Assembly (NCBI GenBank): GCA_010909165.1
Contig: MU008163.1
Coordinates: 868,001 to 932,000 of the forward strand
Source: Anthoceros angustus
Taxonomy: Eukaryota > Plantae > Anthocerotophyta
Direction of reading: 5' to 3'
Length of the DNA stretch: 64,000 bases
In this document: piece by piece, positions 11,695 to 24,655 of the stretch
How the letters are laid out: every line of letters starts with the position of its first letter
Numbering within the stretch: position 1 is the stretch's first letter
Made by a program: the position numbers and the translations under genes
Notes under the pieces: generated by a model
Told to the model about the DNA's origin: nothing
Database searches by the model: none
What the model saw: the letters and a program-made list of their open reading frames with translations, nothing else

Positions 11695-14600
11695 CTATTC
11701 CTAGGGCTAACTTGGGACTCGCGGGGCGAGAAAACTCGAATCCATCACAATAGCAGTTGTAAGCGCTCCACTTCCTCTTCGCCAGCTATCGTTCTCCCCA
11801 ATGCCCTTGTGTCTTCTGTCTCTTGTGGCGTCGTCGTGAAGGGGTGGAAGGCTGCCACACTATCCAAAGTTTGCTGCCCTCGCCAAAAGATCACCGCTTT
11901 GGTCTTGACCTTGCGTTTAAGGAAACAACTGCCGCGAGAGTCCTTCTCGATACACACCTCCTTCGCCCAAGCTGCGACCTCTGCGGTGGGCGTCAAGCGT
12001 CGACTCTTCTTGACATCGGGCGAGAACCTCATGCCCGGCAATCCGGTGGTATGTATCACGCACACCTCAAGTACTTACAATACAATTCCGCATAGTAGGG
12101 AAGCCAATAACGTTGTCCCACTCCCGGAGCATACGTCCAAAATCCAATCCCCCTCTCGCGAGAAGGTTCTGATAAGTTTCATCATAAGCCCCAGAGGCCT
12201 CTGGTATGGGCAAACCACCAGCTTGTCTTGGGACATGTACACCTGTTTCTTCACAACCGTATCGTGTGCGATCACAGACCTCCCATTGTTGAAAGTGCCG
12301 TGCATGGCATTAGGCATCATTGGAACTCTATCCTGTGAATCCATCTCCCATGCCCCACCCTCGTGACATATTCCACGGTTTGAATCCACCACATTGTTCA
12401 TGTTGGTCTTGTCCCATACAAATGAGACCAAGCCCCTTTCTTGCTCCACTTTGCATTGACTCCCTCACGGTGAGCCTCCTCCACACCATGCATGACAATC
12501 ATTCTCAACTCATCCAGTAGTTTTCTCCATAAACTCAAAGCAGTGTCCATCATCGCATCAACTCGTTTGTCCAAGGGCCCAATTTGAAACCCCTTGGAGC
12601 GTCCATCACCAGTGTGTACTTAGTCCTCTAAATCCTCGCATGTCCAAGACATCCCTGCTTTCCACTTGGTATTGTACTTGTTTGTCCGAGGATGGAACAT
12701 TGAAGACCTCCAATCCTTCCTCAAGGTCCTTGTCTGCCAGAGCACGCTGCTCGTCCTCCAGTCCTTTCCAATTATTTACTTCGAAAATGAAATGTTGGAA
12801 GACATCTGGAAGTTTGGAAAGGACCTCAATATCCTTCAGTTGCTGCCAAACACATGATGGTTAGTCCGAAACGCAAAAGAACAGAGAGGAGGCGCGGCCG
12901 GCGCCTCCTTTCGAACACACATGGGCGAAACTAACCTTTCCAGAAAGCGGTTTGAAAGCGGGACAACAGTGCAGCCGAATGCAGCGGATATTCTTCTCGC
13001 ACCTCCTCGAATGAAGAGCACCCGGTGTTTACCGCAACTTGTATGACATGGAACTTCTTCCGCAAAGTGATCTCCTCATCCATGCCCTTCAAATCAATAA
13101 GTCCGATTAAAACTTTTTACTGACGAATTTCTGCACTCTCGGTGGTATTCCTTGGAAGGATTTCCATGGCTTTGCCAACATGTCCTTTGGCTTCATTATC
13201 ATGTCCACTTGCTTTCGTCGGCCATCTTCTTCCCTTTCCCTTTCTTGCTAGTCCCTGCTGGTAAATGCTTCTTGTGTTCCATAAGCTCTCCAGCCTCCCA
13301 CTTTGAAAAAATCAAGTCCACATTGTCCCACACCTTCCCCTCCTGCTTGGCGATGCATAAAATGTGTGTGCGATTGTCTACTTTGTTCTGCTTGTAGACA
13401 TCGTCTTCGCGCCCTTCATCATCCTCAATCAATCCTAGCACTTTGTACAGATTGTACTTCCATGCCATGGTCATCTGTACTCCTTCGCGTTTCGCAATCA
13501 GCAGCTCATCTCGTAAGTCTGGGACACCTCAATGAAGTTCATCTTCTTTCTTTTGTCCGACATGGTATTGTGATCCGTGGCGGCACTCGCATTTCAAGTA
13601 AGCCCACAATAGACATGTGCTTCCACATATTGAAACCTCTTCTTCCACGGTGAGATATCACATAGATGTTTCATGGATGTATGGTTCCCACCAAGAACCC
13701 CATAACGTATTTTTCGCCATCGCTTCCGATCCGACGAGGTCAGGCACTCACTTGGATCTATCATACATAAGAGTGGCAAAACACCCTCCTCTATCCTCCC
13801 CTTCGAAATAACCCGAGCCAAATAATTGGCCCATGCCTCATCAACCCTGCGAATCTGCGCATCCGGCGTTATGTGCGATGCTGGTCTTAAGTTCTCCAAC
13901 TTGACCAACACTGTTTCCAAGACCACCTTCGTAAGCTGAATCCCTCAGGCGAGAGAGGGGGTCTGCATCCCGGATCGCGTCTTCTAACCGTTCTTCATCT
14001 GTCGAAATATGGGTGAATGACTCAACGGATCCTCAAGCTGCCATTTTCTTCGCTTTTTCTTCCTCGCCTCCGTCGCCACTATGTGCCTTTGTAGTCCCTG
14101 CATGAATCCAAATTGAGCGGGCGCTTTCCCCAGAGAGCCTGGTGGTCACCGCCTCCCTTGAGGCGCCGGCCGGCGCCCTCCTCCTTCTTCCCGCTCAACC
14201 TGCCTCCACACCCTCTTCCCTCTCGGGATCCCATGGTGTCGATTCTTCCACTGCGGTCCGGTGGAAGGGCTCGCGGAAGCTCTTCCAGGCGCCGGCGGCC
14301 CCATCTCCTTGTTGAAACCGGATAAACCGGTTAGGATCCGGGGTGGGCAAGTTCGGCCCTGCTCCACCCTTCAACACACCTGGGGCGCCGGCCGGCCGGC
14401 GCCCTGGCCCCTGTTCCGGACTGTAGGCCATGGTTGGGACAACCATTGACGCCATGCAATGCCAGGCTTGGCAGCATATCTGCATCTCCGTCTTCCTCAT
14501 GCCCCCCAGACACTTCTTCCTCCGAATGCCCGAGGACGTCTGGAATGGGGCCATCTTCCTCATCTGAGGGCCCAAGTTCACTTTCTGGGATCTGGGGCTC

Positions 14601-14717
14601 CGGACTCTCTGCCTCTTCTGCAATTCTTTGATGGGCTGCTCTCACCCTTCTCATTGAAAGCTCTCTCCTGTGATCCACTGCCTCCGTAATCTTCCCAAAT
14701 AGCCTCATGAGGGCCAT
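11695..14717 (-). CDS. ParB/Srx-like domain + beta-class N6A/N4C DNA methyltransferase fusion (copy C, most complete; frameshifted as assembled)
   Basis: Acidic N-terminus (ORF 14331-14717). ParB-like QIRRVDEAWANYLARVISKGRIEEGVLPLL...YGVLGGNH...AHVYCGL...DHN (ORF 13594-13926). MTase PYQRPLGLMMKLIRTFSREGDWILDVCSGSGTTLLASLL (ORF 12075-12449) matches the N6_N4_Mtase HPTQKPxxLxxxLIxxxSxxGDxVLDPFxGSGTT pattern. Candidate motif IV DAPRG lies upstream at ~12590-12604 (beta order IV before I). Confidence 0.8.
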
Positions 14718-14775
14718 TCACTAACGGTGGAAAGCGAAAGCGAAAATCACGTCAGTCATCCAAGCCTTATGGTTC

Positions 14776-15460
14776 TCAAAAAGACATTTTGTTGTTCCAA
14801 CTTACAGTGTGTTGTCGCATGCACTCGCGGAACTCTTCGACAAGTGAGCGAGGTGCACATTTCTTGGCATTGAACCCTCGGAGGCTGAGAACATAAGACC
14901 TGTAAATATCAGGGTCCTGAATCACTGCGTCAAACTCATATGGCCTGGTGGTGCAAAACAGCGTAAACTCGGCTCCCCTCATTCATATCCATTGTTGCCC
15001 AGATTACCCATCCGCTCTTGCTCTGATTGGGCAAAGCCCCTGCCCATTATCGAGTTTCAAAGGCGTCCATCTTCTTCCTCTTACGGATGCGGATCACGGC
15101 GAGCATCCAATCCTTCAAAATCATAACAGGTCAATCGGCCTCCCGATCTGCGGATGTGCACGGTTTCCTCGTATGAAAGCGATGGAATTGGAGGTGGCAC
15201 CACATGCTTTGAGGTTTGAGCCTCCTTCCCGCCCCTTGCACGCACCTTTGTCGGCTTGTCTTCCACGAAGACATGCTCCCGATTTTGCCTCCACCGATGG
15301 TTTATGCCCTCCCACACCTCCCGCTCCCGGCCTTCGTGGCGCCTACCTTCTTGCGGGTTGGCCGCTCGCCTTGTTCCCAGCTTCGTTTCTTACGCCGTTC
15401 TTGTGGCCGGTCGGCCTTGCCTCGCCAAGTCCTTCTTGCTCCGCCTCCGCCGCCATCTCA
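14776..15460 (-). CDS. Second accessory ORF of the transposon (or upstream exon of the cargo gene), unknown function, frameshifted
   Basis: Coding-like text across frames: MAAEAEQEGLGEARP...; GWVIWATMDMNE..AEFTLFCTTRPYEFDAVIQDPDIYRSYVLSLRGFNAKKC...SWNNKMSF. No family recognised. Confidence 0.4.
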
Positions 15461-16849
15461 ATTGCGCAAACAAGCAAGCATCGGCTGGGCGGGCGAAAGT
15501 AAATCAGCTGCGCGGAAAGATGAATGGAAGGAAGGTGATGCTCGATCACATGGAGGGCCGAACTGTCTCGCAAAACGCCGATTGATGGCTTCCATTGCCT
15601 CTCAAAAGCTCGGAATCGCTGCTGAATTCTCGCTCGCGTGGCGCAAGGGACAAAGCGCAATTCAAGCGCAATTGTTCTCCAACTCGCCAAGCAACACCAC
15701 GTATGCACTGCCCTCGTTACTTCTCTGGTGAAAATCGCCCCAGCCCCAAATCGCGAGCAAGAGAGAGGTTTGTAATTAGGGTTCCCTTGCCCCGCATTTA
15801 TAGACCAAAACGTACTTAACATTTCACGTTACACCATATTTCGCTATGCCTAATATAAACTCTTGTCTATCCATAATCACATTGACTTGGTGGCGGGCAC
15901 CATAATTGTCGACCATAAAAAGGCATGACGGCGCGATCCACCGTTGGATACCTCTCAGTGATAGACCATCATGATGTCGTAACGACAGAGAGAAATAATG
16001 TCCTTCCTATCTTTGCGATATGCCTTCTAAGGCACACAGCTGCCATTCGCATGCAACTTCCTTCACAAATCTCCTCGCCTGTCTGCCTCTCCCATGCCCA
16101 CGGCGAGGGCGCTCTCAAGCAAGGTTCTTGTGAACGACGAGGGCATACAATGTTGCGCCTCACCCACACCCCGGAAGGACAAGAGGTTTGAGTTCTTTGA
16201 TGCACTGCGATTTCACGTTTCCTCGCGGGTTTGTTTTATGATTCTAAGTTCAGTTGTTTTCGATTGTGGGCTCATCGGCTATCAGGATCATCTTTGGGAT
16301 CAACACTTGCCTTCCCAATGTCCGTGCTTCACAGAAAACAAGAGAAGGGAGGAGGCTAGCTGTGAAGGCCGCCACATCGCCGACATCTGCCGCTACCCGT
16401 CGTGTGCATTTTGCCATTGCAGAAGAATGTAGAGATGATGAAGGTTAAATTTCTTCCCTTCAGATTATAATTGACGATGGGCGGTGTGAAAATTCGTTGA
16501 ATATTCGGACATTGCTCTTGCAGATGCAATCGACATTTGTCGCCAAATGTCCGCGAGGTGTTCCTCGAACACCTAGGAATTTGCATCGCTATCTTTGGAG
16601 GAAGCCCATCCAAACGCGTTCTCTTTCCTTCCCATTGTCCGTGACCTTCCCTGAGACCATGGTTCCACGCCGTGGTTTGTTTCATGAGGATATTGTTGCT
16701 CGCCTCCACTCACCGGATGATGAAGGCCCGGTGGGGACGACGACGATTCCGCCACTTCCGGACACGATGCTCTCAATCCTTCCATCCAAGCCTCGGTGAC
16801 ACTTTGAAGGCCCACAACCGCAAATACTCTATCATGCCGGAGGCAGCTG

Positions 16850-19507
16850 GAGTGTCGTTGACAAAAGTGAAGGGAGACAATGCTTGCGATTTCAAGAAGC
16901 CTTGTTGCAACAAAATGTGTTTGCTAAAGGCGACCAAAGAGCGATTTCGAGCGATACCGCTTTCTTGGATGGGAGGCGAGCAGGAGACATTTCTTGATCT
17001 CTTGTTGATCGGATGGAGTGCAGGATAGAAGGAAAGCGGTCACACATCTCATGGGAGCGACTCTTATCTTGCTGAAGGCTTTCAAAGAGTGTATTGCCTT
17101 GGGCACAAGAGGTATGAGGAGCTAAAGAGCGAGTCTTTCTGGAATCACCTTGGGATGGATTCGGACCAAACCCAAGGCACAATCTACTTATCGCTTGATG
17201 CCATTTCTTGGATGGACAATGCTTTTATGTTTATGGCCGGCCCCTAATTTGGAAGTATTTAATCTACCCGACACGTATACAAAGTTGGAAATATGGGCGT
17301 TGTACAAGCGTCGGTCTCTAGCATACGCTATGTGAAGTATCCATGGTTCTTAAAAGCGTGGAGAAGCAACTTCCCAGTAAAAATCCAAGTCCAACAGTTT
17401 TCAACATGCTCGCTTTGCAGCTGAGAGCACTATAAAATACAAAGCACAAGCAAGATCAAGGTAAATTGCACCGATGTGTCTTTCATGTGCTTGTTCCTCT
17501 GTTGTTGAATGCCCCTATCATCCGCACCGGATGTACCCTTCTTGTCTTCTTGTCATGATCGATTCATGTGCTTGCAATGCCCAATACTTACCATGGATTG
17601 GGTTTCCCGAGTGCGTCCAACCCTCGGGCCGGCGCCTCTCTCGGTGCACGGAGGCGCGGCCGGCGCCTTCTGCACCTGATGATGATTCGAGACCCTCCCA
17701 AATCATCCGTCGGTGGCGAGAAAAGGGGAAGGCGCCGGCCGGCGCCCTTCCCCATTTCTTGATCTCTTGTTGATATGGGTACTTTTGAAAAAGCTTTTGT
17801 ATAGGTTGGATGGTTCTCTGCAAAGTCGGGCGGGATGGTGAGGATGGGGGTCTTTTTATTGCTGATTATGATGTTCGTTTTGGCACGAGAAATACGTTGC
17901 CTTGGAAGCACATCGTGTGCGGCTCCACCGAGGCAGAAAATGGCTAAACACAGGAGCAAGAGCTATGTGGAGCCACATAAGTATATCTATCAATTGATGG
18001 AATGGACCAAAAAGGCAGAGATACCTCATCTTCTCCGGTGGCGAAAAACCTCGTAGAGGTGTCGTATTCGATCCACGTGGTTGGGTGCATGATTCACAAC
18101 TATACGCTTAAAGCTAGAGCCTATTTGCATTATGCGAATTTGCGGAACGACGCGAATCTTACGATCACCATTATTCAGGACGTTATACAGAACTACGAGG
18201 GTGTCCTGCCAAGAGTTTTGTACTTGCAGTTGGACAACACATGCAGGGAGAATAAGAACCAGCTGCTTTTTGCTTATCTGAACATGCTTGTTGATATGGG
18301 TACTTTTGAAAAAGTGAAAGTGGGATTCCTTTTGGTCGGACATACTCATGATCAAATCGACGGATGTTTTCTTGCTTCTCCAAAAGCTTGAAACATAAAA
18401 AGCTCACACGCTTCCGCATTGTCGAGATCTTGGTGCAAGCGTACACGCCTACACAGGTCAAGGTATTGGTAGTGGCCGACTTCCTCATATGTGTGGCCCA
18501 TTACACAAGGCCGAGAGGACTCGATTATGGGGCGGTTAAGCGAACAACCTATCGTTCCGGCACTTCAAAATAACACGTGAAGAAAGCGGCCCGTGGGTTT
18601 GTGATGATCGAGCAAGCGATTCGACCTCGCCTCGATGGGAAGCGAAGGGGTTTGGAGTTTTGAAATTGTGCCTTGGACACTATAATTGCGCCCTTAGCGC
18701 CTTGATCGAGGATAAAAAGGAAGCCATGATATTATCTCCAAGCTGCGTTGCTCATCTAAAGGCTGGTCTTGGAACTTAGGCCGTATGTGACATCAGGAGT
18801 TTTATGGTGGGAAGCTTTACGGGTGGACCAGAGGAGATTCTTTGTTATTGTGGAAAACAACATTGGCCTTGTGCTAAACAAACCTTGGAGGTGGTACGCC
18901 AGATCTGAAGTGGAAGGTACAACCCAACCTCTGCATGTTCGGATGAAGCCTTCTTTGGAGGAGGCATTCTTGAGGAGCTCCCTAGCGAGATATGTATTTG
19001 GGAGCATACCAAAATGGGAGGCAACAACAAGAAATGTCACGGTTGAATGGTGATATCGCGAAATAAAGCGGGAATGTTAGTTGCGGTTCCGCGAACGACA
19101 CGCAAAATAGGCCCTTTTGGATTGGCAAGGTGACTTGTGTTGAACTACATGCACCGAGCCTCACTTCCTTGTTCATTGGTACAGGCGAACACAGATGCGT
19201 ATGAAGGGAGGTCGTGGAAGAATATATAATCGGAGGGATGGCGCGGGAGAAGCAACTCGGGGAGGCAGGCGAAGGCTATCCATCAAGAATATCCAACAAG
19301 TTTTTGTTCACCAAGCAGTCATCCTCTATTATGGGTTCAGACTACGGAAACATTTATGCTGTGGATAAGAAGGCCATAAAAGATAAGTTAATTGAATTGC
19401 GAGGGTTTATTCAACCAGCGAGTCAAAGTGCAACCGAGGACAGCGAAGAGGATGGTCAGGATGCCGGGCCCAGCGAAGATGAAGGCGTGGAGTCGGGCGA
19501 AGAGTAG
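16850..19507 (+). CDS. DDE transposase (Sola-like / DUF7869-type), frameshifted
   Basis: CDFKKPCCNKMCL; FNLPDTYTKLEIWALY; frame-corrected YLSIDGMDQKKAEIPH (~17985-18030); LYLQLDNTCRENKNQLLFAYLNMLVDMGTFEKVKVGFLLVGHTHDQID (ORF 18002-18391); C-terminal PFWIGKV..HWY region and acidic tail ending at 19507. The start position is uncertain. Confidence 0.8.
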
Positions 19508-20344
19508 GAAACACTCTGAATGATCTGTCATTTTCGCCGGGCAATTGATGAGGTTATGCGTCATGCTCTATTCCTGTAGTTTGCAGTGCACAATTCTATG
19601 TGCAGTGCACATTTCTGAATAGTATCTACGCCCATGCTAGGATTTTGGTTGTGGCTATCCTCTATGAGAAGTTGTAGACCTGTCATAGATATTATCTTCC
19701 AAGTTTCAAGAGTTTGTGCTTACCATTGAGAAGGACACGTGGGGACTGTGGCCAAAGGGCCGCGCTCGGCATTGCGGCATAATGTAAGGCATCACTCGTT
19801 GAGCCGTGCGGGCATGTTCCTCTGCGTCATGGCGGGAACTAGTTTCGCTGTTTTAAGTTCATCTGCGATCGGGGGCGGTGAATATATTTGCGACCACAAT
19901 TGAGACTGTGCGGAAGCCATCCCCCACCCCAATCCTGAAGTCTTTTTTAAACCAAATCCGAGTTAAGGCCTGCAACTCGCCGCCATTCGCAAGGGATCGT
20001 CGGCATGGCGGAAAAGGGCCGCCGGCGGCGTCCTTCCTCTCAAACACCTTTCATACCACCGCCAGCCGGTAGTCCTCAAAGTTTCATCACCCTTCTTTTT
20101 GTAGATTTCATTTTCTTTTTAAAAGACCAATTTACGGCAAAGAATGGCCTTGTCATGGGTCGTAAATGCGGACCAATTGAGGTTAACTCTAACACCATAA
20201 CCCTTCGCGTTGAATGGATCTTCTATCGGTTCATACAATTGTCACCCTTCTTTTACGTAATTGACTCATACCCCAAAAAGTGCGAGTTCAATGCCCATGT
20301 GAAACCCCCTTCAGAGGATATATGTCACAAAACCCTCTTCGTGA

Positions 20345-20374
20345 ATATTCACCCCCTTCGAAAGATATCGTGTT
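20345..20374 (-). repeat. Right terminal inverted repeat
   Basis: ATATTCACCCCCTTCGAAAGATATCGTGTT followed by ACCG. Subterminal ACCCCCTTC and AAAACCCTCTT motifs occur at both ends. Confidence 0.75.
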
Positions 20375-20518
20375 ACCGCTACATGGTGTTGTGTTCAGTG
20401 TATACTATGATGAGAGAGAATCGTGATAGGCGAGCCATGGCATGCCACGCCAGACTTTACACGCGTGAAGTGTTGATTGCTTCGGAGATTGAGACGAAGG
20501 ACATAGAGAGGTATGTAC

Positions 20519-21031
20519 TAGGGTGTCATTTTGACCCCGTCCCAAGCTCAGTCCCGGTCCCGGCATGTGTTAAAAAAAACATGGGACCGGAGGTTCTTCA
20601 GGAGTCCGGTCCTCACCCTCGGTCCCCTATTTTTTCCGGGGACCGAGGGTTCATAAAAGGTCCGGTTTAAAATTAATAAATTACTTAATTTTATATCCAA
20701 GGATTTATATTTATTATGGACACATGGACCCATCTTATAATTGGTATGGTCATAAAGACACTTACCATGGATCTATGGGCTATGTCTTTATTTATCTAAT
20801 ACCATCCATGGCCTATTAATACAGCCTTTATTCTATTAGATTTTATTAGCTTATTTTGATATATCTATCTGGAGTCAGTTAGCATAGCTCCCCTTTATAT
20901 TTTATAAATTATTTATTTAATATTTATTATATTTAGTGACCAAGGGTCGCAAAAACCTGATCCTGCTCGGTCCGGACCGAGCGTAAAACTAAGCGGTCCG
21001 GGGAGATAGTACTCGGTCAAATGACACCGGA
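20519..21031. mobile_element. hAT-like MITE (513 bp)
   Basis: TAGGGTGTCATTTTGACC ... GGTCAAATGACACCGGA inverted termini, 8-bp near-TSD GTATGTAC/CTATGTAC, AT-rich noncoding interior. Confidence 0.7.
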
Positions 21032-21133
21032 CTATGTACATGTTGTGGCGTGGAGGGCCGTGCGGACACACGTCTGCCTTAATGGCCATCTGCATCCATT
21101 TGCAAGCGAGGCTGGTGGCCGAGCGTGCATCGG

Positions 21134-21666
21134 CCCCTAATTGGGAATTCTATAAATGGGATTCCTCTCTAAATAGGACCTCCCATCCTACTCCCTTTAG
21201 TTTACAATGTAATAAATGGGACTTTTCCCTAAATGATAATTGGGATCTTTTGAAACATACATTCATGTTAGTTTCACCTCCCTAAATGGGATTTCTAATT
21301 TTTTTACTAAAAAAATGAAAAAAAGGAAGAAAAAAGAATCCATTATTTGAGAGCACAATAGACTTTTAGGTGTGATTGAAGACTCTTAAGCTAAGCTTTT
21401 TCCTTTATGATAGATAGAGGTTTTTTGATGCTGCTTAGAGAGAGTGCTAGCTTTCAAACAACTATATAAAGAACTGGTAAAAGTTATTTTTAGTGAAACC
21501 TATCAATCAAAATTTAATTTTTCTTTTTTTGGGGTATTTTTTGATTTTTTTAAAGTTTATAACATTTTTATTATTTTTAAATAGGGAAAATACAATCGGG
21601 ACACTTCCCTTAATGGGACCTTTAAAGGCACTCCGAACCAGTCCCAATTAGGGGGGGTGGACTGTA
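21134..21666. mobile_element. MITE-like element with partial TIR CCCCTAATTGGGA
   Basis: CCCCTAATTGGGA (21134) and TCCCAATTAGGGG (21643-21655). The right end GGACTGTA is Tc1/mariner-like. Internal ATGGGA(C/T) motifs repeat. The left end looks truncated. Confidence 0.5.
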
Positions 21667-22300
21667 ATATAACCTTGAAGACTTTCACACTCGTTTCAGT
21701 CACCCACCTAGACTGAACTGGCAAGAAAATGCGCGAGAGGTTGGACTTTGTGGGTTGGATGGGAGTGACAGGGATATGGCCTTTTCAAGGCTCAATTGGA
21801 TGATATCTTGTTGGAGACCGAGAGGCGGGGACCCAGCACGCCTCTGCCTCTGCACGGCGATGTCCCCCAGGTCCAGCCGGGCCATTGTATCCAGCATCCA
21901 ACCTGTAGATGGGCCCCAGAAACATCCTCCTCCAGGTTGCGACAGTCTCAGTGCGGTGGTGCCTCACCCCTGGCCAGTTCCGGCACTTCAGAACTAAGAG
22001 GTGTTAACTGGCTACGTATGTAGATAACCAGCTACTACCATCGATACTTCCGTCGTACGTACAGCTTAGCATCCATAATAAGCAATCCATGTCCATACCC
22101 AGCCCACCTTCCGTCCATAGGAGCATCTTGTGCTGCATTTTGTGTCAGATCTCCTACCATATTAGTGACAAGGCGGACAGCCCACTGCTTTTTTCGTCCA
22201 GATGTCGCATTGTGAGCTGAACGAACCATCCAGGCTGATGGCATTGGCAAGATCTGGAAGGTGAACCTCCGCATACAAGGGCCATGCTTCCTCCTCATGA

Positions 22301-24655
<2,355 letters not shown>

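Larger units (their letters stand above)
4641..13895. repeat. Nested tandem duplication: 4641-~10040 (containing an internal repeat 6540-8113 / 8113-9640) repeated as 10033-13895
   Basis: The flank at 4641-5990 recurs at 10033-11387. MTase-coding sequence recurs at ~6540-8110, ~8113-9630 and ~11900-13490. Junction microhomologies are CTTAAGTTCT (4641, 10033, 13886) and CCTT(C)GCGTT (6540, 8111, 9631). Confidence 0.9.
11388..20374. mobile_element. ~9.0 kb cut-and-paste DNA transposon (Sola-like/DUF7869-type DDE transposase) carrying a ParB-DNA methyltransferase cargo gene
   Basis: 30-bp TIRs (11388-11417 and 20345-20374, 28/30 identity), each flanked by ACCG (11384-11387, 20375-20378; candidate 4-bp TSD). 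Divergent transposase (+) and cargo (-) genes each end near a TIR. Confidence 0.75.

Noticed and set aside
11680-12366. 228-aa + strand ORF (and similar ORFs at 6677-7099 and 7998-8375)
   Set aside because: Antisense shadows of the MTase-coding strand.
6300-14717. Bacterial contamination as the source of the MTase
   Set aside because: It lies inside TIRs with a eukaryote-type transposase and is contiguous with intron-containing plant genes. There is no operon-like bacterial neighbourhood. Read-level confirmation is still desirable.
20005-20670. 221-aa + strand ORF
   Set aside because: It runs across the TIR, the flank and a MITE boundary and has no recognisable motif, so it is likely a chance ORF.
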